Below, piece by piece: positions 47,494-55,760 of a DNA stretch of 64,000 nucleotides. Numbering within the stretch: position 1 is the stretch's first letter; each line of letters starts with the position of its first letter. This DNA is from Actinomycetota bacterium (lineage in GTDB: Bacteria > Actinomycetota > UBA4738): the NCBI GenBank assembly GCA_050692195.1, contig JBOGVA010000074.1:8309-72308 (forward strand), read 5' to 3'. Under the pieces are notes generated by a model. The model saw only the letters and a list, made by a program, of their open reading frames with translations. It was not told the DNA's origin and searched no databases. The position numbers and the translations under genes are program-made.

Positions 47494-48088
47494 ATGAGTC
47501 TAGACAGCGAGTTTGGTGCGGAGCGAGTGGACGAGCTGCTTCGTGCCTTGGAGGAACAGCTCAGGGGCACTTGGTGCCCGGTTCGAGCTCGTCATCATCG
47601 GAGGAACTGCGCTCCTGGCGCTCGGGCTAATCAGGAGGGCAACCACGGATGTGGATGTCGTGGCCCTCGTCGGTCGAGGTGTGCTCATTCCGGCGGAGCC
47701 ACTGCCCTCCCCCCTCGTTGAGGCAGCCATGAGGGTCGCCCGCGACTTTCGCTTGGCGGGCGGCTGGCTGAACGCAGGACCCGCGGATCTTCTTCGCTTC
47801 GGGCTTCCTGAGGGGTTCGACACTCGTCTGCGAACTCGAACCTATGGCCCTGCTCTGGTCGTCCACTTCGCCAGCCGCTTCGACCAGATCCATTTCAAGT
47901 TGTACGCGATCGTGGACCAGGGCGCTGGCCGGCACGAAGCCGACCTTCGCGCTTTGGAGCCTTCTCCCCAGGAGTTGTTAGCTGCGGCTCGCTGGGCCCG
48001 TACCCACGATCCTTCAGAGGGCTTCAAACAACAGCTCGTGCTAGCACTTGCTCATCTCGGGGTGGCTGATGCAGACGTCGGACCTTAG
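47494..48088 (+). CDS. AbiEii/MenT-like (DUF1814-type) nucleotidyltransferase-fold protein; frame disrupted at a G4 run (47564-47567)
   Basis: GGTALLALGLIRRATTDVDVV matches the GGxAL...RxS/TxDxD NTase signature; N-terminus MSLDSEFGAERVDELLRALEEQLR is in frame 1, the NTase core is in the -1 frame; removing one G restores ...EEQLRALGARFELVIIGGTAL. Confidence 0.55.
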
Positions 48089-49082
48089 GCAGCGCGTCCA
48101 AGCCACGCTCATCGACTTCGTCTGGAGCCAGTGGGTCCAGATGGGAGTCTCAGGCTCTACCGTTCGGCGGGATCGGTGGGCAGCCGACCCTGAGGCCCTC
48201 CTCCTCTTCACCGTTCACGCGGCACGCCGCGACCCCAGGCTATTCGACGAGGTGCTCGACTGGCTGCGGCTGAACGGGAAGCTTCTGAGCGTTCAGCGTC
48301 TGCGAAATTTGGCCGAAGCCGATGATGAGACCCCGCGGCTGATTGGCGCTGCACTCGCGTGGGCGCGGTCACAGAACCCGACGCTCCGATCACGGTTGCC
48401 GATCGACGAGGCGGCCTCGGCTGGTGAGCCAAAGGATCTATTCCTAGCTGACGGGGAAGCCCTCTTGGCTGGTACGCCGGATCCCATCTTTCTCCGCTTC
48501 GGATATCGCCGTCCCCGAGCGAAGCCGAGCTGGAAGTCTCAAGCTCCCAATCCGCTGGCACCGATCAACCTGGCATTCCGGCTTCGTCTCGCGTTCGGTG
48601 TCGGAAGCAGGTCGGAGGTCCTTCGCTACCTACTCACGACCGAACACCCCGAGGCCTCTACCCAGCAGATCGCAGAGGCGACTGCGTTTGCCAAGCGCAA
48701 CGTCAGTGACATCCTCCTTGGGCTGGCCGATGCTGGTGTGGTCGAGACGCGGCAGCGAACGAACGAACGAGTCTACTGGGCCGACCGACGTCGCTGGGCA
48801 TTCTTGCTCGGGGTGGGCATTCGAGAGCTACCAGACTTCGTCGACTGGATCCGGCTGCTGACGGCCATCCGGATCGTTCTCGCGTGGCTGGATGAAGATG
48901 CCAAGGTCGAACGATCCGACTACCTGCGCTCGAGCGAGGCTAGGCGGCTTCTCGATCGCATCCGACCGGACCTGCTCGCCTCAGGGGTGGACGTGGCCGA
49001 CGATCGGAGTGTTGGGACCGAGCACTGGACCGCCTTGGAGGAGACTCTGGAGCGCACGCTGAGGAAGCTGCGTCCTCTCTAG
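48069..49082 (+). CDS. 338-aa protein with internal winged-helix DNA-binding domain, unknown family (candidate cognate regulator/partner of the NTase)
   Basis: Overlaps the NTase gene end by 20 nt; wHTH-like segment STQQIAEATAFAKRNVSDILLGLADAGVVETRQRTNERVYW at residues about 210-270; lower GC than genome. Confidence 0.55.
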   Translation: MQTSDLRQRVQATLIDFVWSQWVQMGVSGSTVRRDRWAADPEALLLFTVHAARRDPRLFDEVLDWLRLNGKLLSVQRLRNLAEADDETPRLIGAALAWARSQNPTLRSRLPIDEAASAGEPKDLFLADGEALLAGTPDPIFLRFGYRRPRAKPSWKSQAPNPLAPINLAFRLRLAFGVGSRSEVLRYLLTTEHPEASTQQIAEATAFAKRNVSDILLGLADAGVVETRQRTNERVYWADRRRWAFLLGVGIRELPDFVDWIRLLTAIRIVLAWLDEDAKVERSDYLRSSEARRLLDRIRPDLLASGVDVADDRSVGTEHWTALEETLERTLRKLRPL

Positions 49083-49104
49083 TGGAGGTCGCGGCGCACG
49101 AAGA

Positions 49105-49121
49105 CATCACCCTAGGTGATG
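49105..49121. repeat. 17-bp perfect palindrome CATCACC-CTA-GGTGATG downstream of the wHTH gene
   Basis: Read directly from sequence; shares the GATG/CATC core with the upstream operators. Confidence 0.4.
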
Positions 49122-49263
49122 TTGGCGGTTGTGGGCTGGCTCGGATCGGGCGGCTGTCTGCGACTTCGGGGATCTGTTTGGCGAAGTGGCCCTTCGCGAA
49201 GCAGTCGTTGCCGATGCAACCTACTCGTGAGGTCCGAGTGACGTCCCCCTCTGGTCCCGTTGG

Positions 49264-49920
49264 CTAGAGAGAGCCAACGGGGTATGGGATTCCTACTGTA
49301 GACAACACGAGCGTATGCAGAGTTTCTCCTTGCGGCAGCGAATCGGTCGGCGAATACATCTGAATATAGATTTCGAGCCCCTGCGTCTCCCACGCGAGCC
49401 GTACGTCATCCGTGTAGACGGTAACCGCTTCCACCTCGCCAAGAAGCCAGTACGTGCCGTTCGCCACAGCCTCTTGAAGTGTCTCTAGAGAGCTCGAGTC
49501 GTCGTCCGATGTGTCATCCGCCCACATGTAGAAGGTCGTTGCCCCACCTCTCACCAGAAAGGCACTTCCGGTGTCCCGGATCAGGGCGTAGCCCGACTCT
49601 TTGACAACCTCTCGAACCCAGACGGCTTCCTCAGAGCATTCCGACCAGGGGCCATAGTCGCATTGGCTGGATGGGCTTGGAGTGGATGGCAACCTCGAGC
49701 TGGGGGATCCGAGAACGGAGCTTCCAGACAATGACCTTTCCCCCGGCCGGAATGCGCTCCACAGGCCAAAGACCATTCCCGCCAAGATCGTCAGAGCTAC
49801 CACTCCGGCGAGCAAACGCCGACTGCTCTGCCGACGGCGGACTCGCTGCAGTGTTCTGGCGAACGCCTCATCGGGCTCCGGGTCGAACGAGGCCACTCCT
49901 CGATCCAAGATCTCCTTCAT
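49264..49920 (-). CDS. single-pass membrane anti-sigma-factor-like protein
   Basis: 4-nt overlap with the upstream ECF sigma gene; N-terminal cytoplasmic segment, one TM (LLAGVVALTILAGMVFGLW), extracytoplasmic Ser/Pro-rich domain. Confidence 0.6.
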   Translation of the reverse strand: MKEILDRGVASFDPEPDEAFARTLQRVRRRQSSRRLLAGVVALTILAGMVFGLWSAFRPGERSLSGSSVLGSPSSRLPSTPSPSSQCDYGPWSECSEEAVWVREVVKESGYALIRDTGSAFLVRGGATTFYMWADDTSDDDSSSLETLQEAVANGTYWLLGEVEAVTVYTDDVRLAWETQGLEIYIQMYSPTDSLPQGETLHTLVLSTVGIPYPVGSL

Positions 49921-50438
49921 TTGATCTCCTCTCCAAACTGCCTCCGAAGCGCTGATCTACCCCGGTGCATCCTCACCCGAACGGTTGCCGCTTTGATGCC
50001 AAGGATTCGGCCTGCCTCCTCTGGGTCCAAACCGAGCCATTCCACGAGAACCAGCGCTTGGCGCTGACCTGCAGGGAGTGAGGACAATGCTGTTAGGACG
50101 CGATTCTTGGCTTCGACAGCAGACGACGGGTCGGAGTCGGGTTCTCTGGCAAAGAGCAGCCGCCGACGGACCAGTGACCACCGAATTCTCTTGCGATTTA
50201 GGTTGAGAGCTGTTCGGAACAAGTAGCCAGCGGGAGATGCCATGTTACGGACGGTCTCCCAGCGTTCGTATACGCGGACGAATGCTTCCTGAGCAATGTC
50301 CTCCGCCTCCAACCGATTGCCGCTGAGCAACAGAGCAGCACGGGCTAGGCGTGGATACCAGGCCCTAAAAAACACCTGGAACTCCAGATCAGCCCCAGCC
50401 TTAGCCACGTGGAGGTGCTCGCTCTGCTCGACCACCAT
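49917..50438 (-). CDS. ECF-type RNA polymerase sigma-70 factor
   Basis: Region 2 (FRAWYPRLARAALLL...AEDIAQEAFVRVY) and region 4 HTH (LPAGQRQALVLVEWLGLDPEEAGRILGIKAATVRVRMHRGRSALR). Confidence 0.85.
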   Translation of the reverse strand: MVVEQSEHLHVAKAGADLEFQVFFRAWYPRLARAALLLSGNRLEAEDIAQEAFVRVYERWETVRNMASPAGYLFRTALNLNRKRIRWSLVRRRLLFAREPDSDPSSAVEAKNRVLTALSSLPAGQRQALVLVEWLGLDPEEAGRILGIKAATVRVRMHRGRSALRRQFGEEIK

Positions 50439-50590
50439 TGCCTAACATGAACCCCTAACCCCCCGCCCACGTTTCCGGTCCGGACGAATTCGCCGTCAAT
50501 CTTCCAGACCCATCGTCCAGATGGCGTTGGATCGGATTCCAGAGAGTTCCCGTGAACTCTGCCGGACACGTACGGGCCGGAAGCGGCTTT

Positions 50591-51067
50591 CTAGCCCTCC
50601 GAGGTCTCCAGTCCTCGGTCGGGGATCACGGCGACGCCCATCAGCTCGACCTTGGAGTGCGGATCGAGGAGCCCGCTCACCTCCAGAAGGCTCTCGGCCG
50701 GGTAATGCCTGCCGAAATGTCGCCTGTACACCTCGCCGACCTCCCGCATGGAGGCCCGGTACTCTGCGACGTCGGTCACGAAGATCTGAATCGACACCAG
50801 GTCCTGAGGCAACCCGCCGGCGGCGGCGAGGGCCTCCACCACGTTGCCGCAGGCCTGGTCGAACTGCTGGATGAGCGAGTCGCCGGCCAGCGATCCGTCC
50901 GGCTTGTGCCCGGCCTGGCCTCCCAGGTAGACGACCAGGCCCGGGGCGGGAACGACCGCGTGGGCGAACCCCACGGCAGGCGGCAGCCAGGCGGGATTCA
51001 GGATGAGGTGGGGGCTCACCGGTGGCCTGCGCTCGGAGGCGCCGGCCGACAGGTCCTCTTCGCCCAT
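50591..51067 (-). CDS. RidA/YjgF-family protein
   Basis: About 158 aa from the ATG overlapping the hydratase stop (TGATG); conserved RidA C-terminal signature (PARSTVEV-like region SLLEVSGLLDPHSKVELMGVAV). Confidence 0.8.
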   Translation of the reverse strand: MGEEDLSAGASERRPPVSPHLILNPAWLPPAVGFAHAVVPAPGLVVYLGGQAGHKPDGSLAGDSLIQQFDQACGNVVEALAAAGGLPQDLVSIQIFVTDVAEYRASMREVGEVYRRHFGRHYPAESLLEVSGLLDPHSKVELMGVAVIPDRGLETSEG

Positions 51068-51894
51068 CAGCGGCCGGTCCAGTTCGGGTCCTGCCCGCTG
51101 CGGAAGGCACGATAGAACTCGGCGTGATCGGCGCTCTTCATCAGCAGGGCCTGGGCCATGGCCTCCAGCTCCAGGGACCCGGCCAGATCCATGTCCAGCT
51201 CGCGAGACAGAAGGATCTTGGTGGTGGCGTACGCCAGGGCCGGGCCCGAGGCGAGGCGACGGGCCAGCTCCATGGCCTTGCCGGACAGCTCCGGATCCTG
51301 CACGACCCCCCCGGCCAGGCCGATCTCTACGGCCCGCGTTGCGTCCACCTTTTCCCCCAGGATCAACAGTTCGGCGGCGCGGCCGAAGCCTACCAGTCGG
51401 GGCAACAGATAGGCGGAGCCCATGTCGGCCCCTGCCAGCCCGACCTTGGTGAACAGAAAGGAGAACGACGCCGAGGCCGCAAGCAGCCTGAAGTCCGCCG
51501 CCAGGGCGATGACCGCTCCGGCTCCGGCCGCGATGCCGTTGACGGCTGCGATGATCGGGATGGGGCATTCCCTCATCCGCTGCACCACCGCCCCGGTCAT
51601 GCGGCTGAAGTCCAGGACGTCCTTTGGCGTCATCTCCAGAAGCCGGCCGATGATGTCGTGCACGTCACCGCCCGAGCAGAACCCCCGCCCCGTCCCGGTG
51701 ATGATCAGGGCCCTGACGTCGCCCCGGTGTGGGAGCTCGGCAAGGAGGTCCCTGAGATCGGCGTAGACGTCGAATGTCAGGGCGTTCAGCCGGTCCGGCC
51801 GGTCGAAGGTCACTGTGGCCACGCCGTCGCCCAGCTCGAACCCGAAGTGCTCCCAGCGCTCGGTGAATCCGGGGGAAGCCCGGAACGGGCTCAT
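51067..51894 (-). CDS. enoyl-CoA hydratase/isomerase (crotonase family)
   Basis: 275 aa; oxyanion-hole motifs (ITGTGRGFCSGGDV; AAVNGIAAGAGAVIALAAD). Confidence 0.85.
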   Translation of the reverse strand: MSPFRASPGFTERWEHFGFELGDGVATVTFDRPDRLNALTFDVYADLRDLLAELPHRGDVRALIITGTGRGFCSGGDVHDIIGRLLEMTPKDVLDFSRMTGAVVQRMRECPIPIIAAVNGIAAGAGAVIALAADFRLLAASASFSFLFTKVGLAGADMGSAYLLPRLVGFGRAAELLILGEKVDATRAVEIGLAGGVVQDPELSGKAMELARRLASGPALAYATTKILLSRELDMDLAGSLELEAMAQALLMKSADHAEFYRAFRSGQDPNWTGR

Positions 51895-51952
51895 CTCGAA
51901 GACGCCCGGGGGCGGTCCGATGGGTCGAACGCCTCTTCTGACGGCTGCGCCG

Positions 51953-53191
51953 TCACTCGAAGGCCTCGAAGCCGGTGATGGCGTGTCCCAGGATCAGCGT
52001 GTGGATCTCGCTCGTGCCTTCGTACGTGAGCACGGACTCCAGGTTGTTCATGTGTCTGATCACGGGGTACTCGAGCGTGATCCCGTTGGCGCCCAGGATC
52101 GAGCGGGCCTCCCGGGCGATCCGGAGAGCCTCCCGGACGTTGTTGAGCTTGCCCAGGCTTACCTGCTGTGGGGCGAGCCGCCCCTCATCCTTCATCCGCC
52201 CGAGGTGCAGAGCCAGGAGCATCCCCTTGTTCAGCTCGAGCAACATGTTGACCAGCTTCTCCTGGGTGAGCTGGAAGCCTCCGATCGGCTTGCCGAACTG
52301 GACCCGAGTCTTCGAATACTCGAGCGCGGCCTCGTAGCACGAACGGGCCGCTCCCATGACTCCCCACACGATCCCGTACCGGGCCTCGGTGAGGCACGAG
52401 AGCGGCCCGCGCATCCCGGTCACCTCGGGAAGGACCGCCTCCTCCGGGAGGCGGCACTCGTCGAAGACCAGCTCGGACGTGACCGAGGCACGAAGAGAGA
52501 GCTTGCGCTCGATGTCCTTCGTGGCGAAGCCGGGGGTTCTTCGGGGAACCAGGAACCCGCGGACCCCCCGTTCGGTTTGGGCCCACACCACCGCGACATC
52601 GGCGATCCCCCCGTTGGTGATCCACATCTTCGTGCCGGAGAGGATCCAGTCAGTCCCGTCTCTGCGGGCCGCCGTCCTCATTCCCGCGGGGTCGCTTCCG
52701 AAGTCGGGCTCGGTGAGCCCGAAGCACCCGATGGCCTCTCCCGCCGCCATCTGGGGGAGCCACTCCCGTTTCTGTTCCTCGGACCCGTACTTCCAGATCG
52801 GGAACATGGCCAGCGAACCCTGCACGGAGATCGCGCTTCGGAACCCGCTGTCCCCCGCTTCCATCTCCATGCAGGCCAGGCCGTAGCTCACCGCGTTCGT
52901 CCCTGCGCAGCCGTAGCCGGTGAGGTGCATCCCCAGCAGGCCGAGCGCACCGAGCTCCTGATAAGCCTCCCTGGGGAACTCCGCGCGCTCGAACCATTCC
53001 TCGATCCCGGGCATGACCCGGTCGACGACGAACTCGCGAACCGCGTCCCGGATCATCCGCTCCTCGTCGATGAGGAGTGCGTCGACGTCCAGGAAGTCCA
53101 GGGGCTTTGGGGCCGGCCCCGGGACCTCGGGCGTTTCCTTGGGGGCACCCTGGCCCCGGCGCGTGCCGGTCCTCGCCATCGTGGTCTCCAC
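51953..53191 (-). CDS. glutaryl-CoA dehydrogenase-like acyl-CoA dehydrogenase
   Basis: 412 aa; ACAD fold with GCDH-like N-terminus (LDFLDVDALLIDEE) and C-terminal YEGTSEIHTLILG. Confidence 0.85.
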   Translation of the reverse strand: METTMARTGTRRGQGAPKETPEVPGPAPKPLDFLDVDALLIDEERMIRDAVREFVVDRVMPGIEEWFERAEFPREAYQELGALGLLGMHLTGYGCAGTNAVSYGLACMEMEAGDSGFRSAISVQGSLAMFPIWKYGSEEQKREWLPQMAAGEAIGCFGLTEPDFGSDPAGMRTAARRDGTDWILSGTKMWITNGGIADVAVVWAQTERGVRGFLVPRRTPGFATKDIERKLSLRASVTSELVFDECRLPEEAVLPEVTGMRGPLSCLTEARYGIVWGVMGAARSCYEAALEYSKTRVQFGKPIGGFQLTQEKLVNMLLELNKGMLLALHLGRMKDEGRLAPQQVSLGKLNNVREALRIAREARSILGANGITLEYPVIRHMNNLESVLTYEGTSEIHTLILGHAITGFEAFE

Positions 53192-54057
53192 TTTATACGC
53201 GTGTCAGGGCGGTAAGCTTCGCCTCGACTCCTGCTCCGAGGAGGTGTCGCATCGACCAAGGGACCTCAGGGGACCAGCCTGGGAAAGAGAGAGAAGAGCT
53301 CTCCTACGGGAGGTATCTCCGCATCCCGGAGCTGCTGAGCCTGCAGCAGCCTCTGTCCCAGCCGCTTGCCCACGACGAGCAGCTGTTCATCGTGGTCCAC
53401 CAGTCCTTCGAGCTGTGGTTCCGGCTGATCCTCTTCGAGCTGGAGAGCGTGCGGGCGGCCCTTTTCGCGGGCCAGACCTTCCCCGCCCGGCACTTTCTGA
53501 AGCGTGTCCAGGCCATCGAGCGGATGCTCCTGGACCACATCGGGATCATCGAATCGATGTCGCCACAGGATTTCCTGGAGTTCAGGGGGAACCTGGCCCC
53601 CGCCAGCGGCTTCCAGTCCGTCCAGTTCCGCGAGATCGAGTTCATCTCCGGGCTGAAGGAACCCGGCCTGATGGCCCGTTTGGCGGAGACGCCGGAGGAG
53701 CGGGCCCGCCTGGAGCGCCGGCTGTCGGAGCCGACCCTGTGGGACGCCTTCAGCGCCCTCATGGAGTCGAACGGGCTCCCCATGCCGGGGGGAGAGGAGA
53801 ATGTGGAAGCCCGGCGGGCCAGCCTGCTCAAGATGATGCGGGACAAGGACGCCTACGCGGAGCTGTTCTATACGGCGGAGTCACTGCTCACCCACGACGA
53901 GCTGTTCACGCTGTGGCGCCAGCACCACATCCTGATGGTGGAGCGCCAGATCGGGTCCAAGACGGGGACGGGGGGCACGGCCGGGGTCTCGTATCTCCGC
54001 TCCACCCTGGACAAGCGCTTCTACCCGGAGCTCTGGGAGCTGCGCAGCTACCTCTGA
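53077..54057 (+). CDS. kynA: tryptophan 2,3-dioxygenase (start codon uncertain)
   Basis: LSYGRYLRIPELLSLQQPLS...HDEQLFIVVHQSFELWFRLILFEL and C-terminal TGGTAGVSYLR motifs of TDO; the only upstream in-frame ATG (53077) overlaps the divergent ACAD gene by about 115 nt, so the true start may be a non-canonical codon near 53230. Confidence 0.75.
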   Translation: MRRRPGSPGALGPAPGPRAFPWGHPGPGACRSSPSWSPLYTRVRAVSFASTPAPRRCRIDQGTSGDQPGKEREELSYGRYLRIPELLSLQQPLSQPLAHDEQLFIVVHQSFELWFRLILFELESVRAALFAGQTFPARHFLKRVQAIERMLLDHIGIIESMSPQDFLEFRGNLAPASGFQSVQFREIEFISGLKEPGLMARLAETPEERARLERRLSEPTLWDAFSALMESNGLPMPGGEENVEARRASLLKMMRDKDAYAELFYTAESLLTHDELFTLWRQHHILMVERQIGSKTGTGGTAGVSYLRSTLDKRFYPELWELRSYL

Positions 54058-54965
54058 GGGCGTTTCGACCCGCTCTCGCGCCCGGTCACTTTGTTCAAGA
54101 CCCGACGGGTCCGGGCCTTCAGGTGACTCCGCTCCTCTTGCATCATCAGCCGGATGCTCTCTTCGAAGGTCATGCCTCCTCGTTCCGGGAACACGGCCCG
54201 GCGGCGCTGGGACACACAGAGAAACAGGTCGGCCTCCGTCGCTCGCGGCAGCAGGTCCTGAAGGCCCTCCTTGCGCATGGCCTCGATGGCCGGAAGGTAG
54301 ACGTGGTCGTACCAATCGGCGGCGACCTCCTCTATCGCCAGGACCTCGCCGCGTTCAGACATCAGGTTGAACCCGTGAAGCTTCACGTGCTCCAGGAGTT
54401 CGATGTACCCGGGTGGACGGCTGAACTCGATCCGAGCCTCGGGCCGGGCTCGTTCCAGGGCGCTCCCCTGCATGAACATCCGTTCCTGCTCGGCCAGGAT
54501 GATCCGCCCGATGTCGGCATCCGCGGGGAAGCGCACGGTGGTCCTGAGCCTGGTGACCTCGGCGTCGATGGTCTCCATGCCGCGCTGCCTGGCGATGGCC
54601 ACCCGGTGGTGTCCGTCGACGACGAAGTACGCGTCGCCCACCTGGTACACCACGATGGGAGGAAAGTCTCCGCCGGGAAAGAGCTGCTCGACCCGTTTCC
54701 ACCGGGTCTCCAGCTCCGGCCGTCGGGGAAGGAAGTCTCGGTCGAAGTCCCTGTCCCGCTCGACCGTCCCCACGATCCGCTTGACGGGGATGGGTCGGAT
54801 GCCGAGGTAGCTCTGCTCGAAGATCCCCAGACGCCTCTGCACGTCGCCGAGCGACAGCAGTTCAGCCGTGTCGTCCCGCTTCACGATGTCCGTGAGCCGG
54901 CGAAAGGTCTTCTTTCGCTGGGCCTTCTCGAACGTCGAGGGTCCGGGTGGCTCTCGCCAGCTCAT
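54048..54965 (-). CDS. ParB/sulfiredoxin-like nuclease-domain protein
   Basis: From MSWREPPG; VVDGHHRVAIARQRG ParB-like motif; ATGA overlap with the upstream phosphoesterase gene. Confidence 0.6.
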   Translation of the reverse strand: MSWREPPGPSTFEKAQRKKTFRRLTDIVKRDDTAELLSLGDVQRRLGIFEQSYLGIRPIPVKRIVGTVERDRDFDRDFLPRRPELETRWKRVEQLFPGGDFPPIVVYQVGDAYFVVDGHHRVAIARQRGMETIDAEVTRLRTTVRFPADADIGRIILAEQERMFMQGSALERARPEARIEFSRPPGYIELLEHVKLHGFNLMSERGEVLAIEEVAADWYDHVYLPAIEAMRKEGLQDLLPRATEADLFLCVSQRRRAVFPERGGMTFEESIRLMMQEERSHLKARTRRVLNKVTGRESGSKRPQR

Positions 54966-55615
54966 CGCTCCAACTCCAGCACCCGGTGTCCGACCGCGTT
55001 GACGACCTGCGTAGGCCCCAGGCGGCGATCGGGACGCGGAGATCCGTAGGGATGCACGTGACCATGAACCATCAGCTTGGGCGAGAGCTTCCCGACGAGG
55101 CGGTGGAAGGCGGCGAATCCACGGTGGGCCGGGTCGTCCTCGTCGCCCAGACCGAGGGGCGGAGCATGCGTGATGAGGACATCGATTCCCCGGCCGTTCC
55201 GAAAGCCCTTCAGCCTGGCCCTGATCTCCAGGCGGAGGGCGCGCCACCTCATCTGCGACTGTGTGTACTGATTGGGGCCCTCGCGGTAGCGCGCGGAGCC
55301 GCCGAGACCAGCCACTCGGACCCCGGCCGCCTCGACGATCCGGCCGTCGACGAAGGTGCAGCCGGGAGGGCCGGGAGGGTCCACGTACTGATCCAGGAAC
55401 GGGGACGGCTCCAACGTGGGGGCGGTGGCCCGCAGGTCCGGATCGTGGTTGCCCGGCACGTACAGCAGCGGCACGTCCGTCATCGAGACCAGGCGTTCGA
55501 GGTAGTCGAACGGGAGATCTCCGCACGACAGCACCAGGTCCGGGCGGAGCTCCCGCAGGCGCTCGCCGTACAAGGTCTCCTCGACCTCATCGGCGACGGC
55601 CAGGATGCGCGTCAT
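54962..55615 (-). CDS. calcineurin-like metallophosphoesterase
   Basis: 217 aa; metal-ligand motifs (CGDLPF, GNHD, GHVH). Confidence 0.8.
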   Translation of the reverse strand: MTRILAVADEVEETLYGERLRELRPDLVLSCGDLPFDYLERLVSMTDVPLLYVPGNHDPDLRATAPTLEPSPFLDQYVDPPGPPGCTFVDGRIVEAAGVRVAGLGGSARYREGPNQYTQSQMRWRALRLEIRARLKGFRNGRGIDVLITHAPPLGLGDEDDPAHRGFAAFHRLVGKLSPKLMVHGHVHPYGSPRPDRRLGPTQVVNAVGHRVLELER

Positions 55616-55760
55616 CGAGCCTCCGCTTGCTCGCCCCGGCGCCGCCGAGCGTGCGTTCGCATCGTTCTTCCACCATAGCTCAGGCCGACCCGATACCTGC
55701 TGGGTGGATCTGCGTCCGCCCGGGAACCCGCGGCGGCCTCACTCCGTCAAAGGAGCCAGG

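Noticed and set aside
50438-50590. ECF-type autoregulatory promoter (GGAAC-N16/17-CGTT) upstream of the sigma gene
   Set aside because: GGAAC is present on the coding strand, but no convincing -10 CGTT/CGTC at the correct spacing was found, so no call was made.
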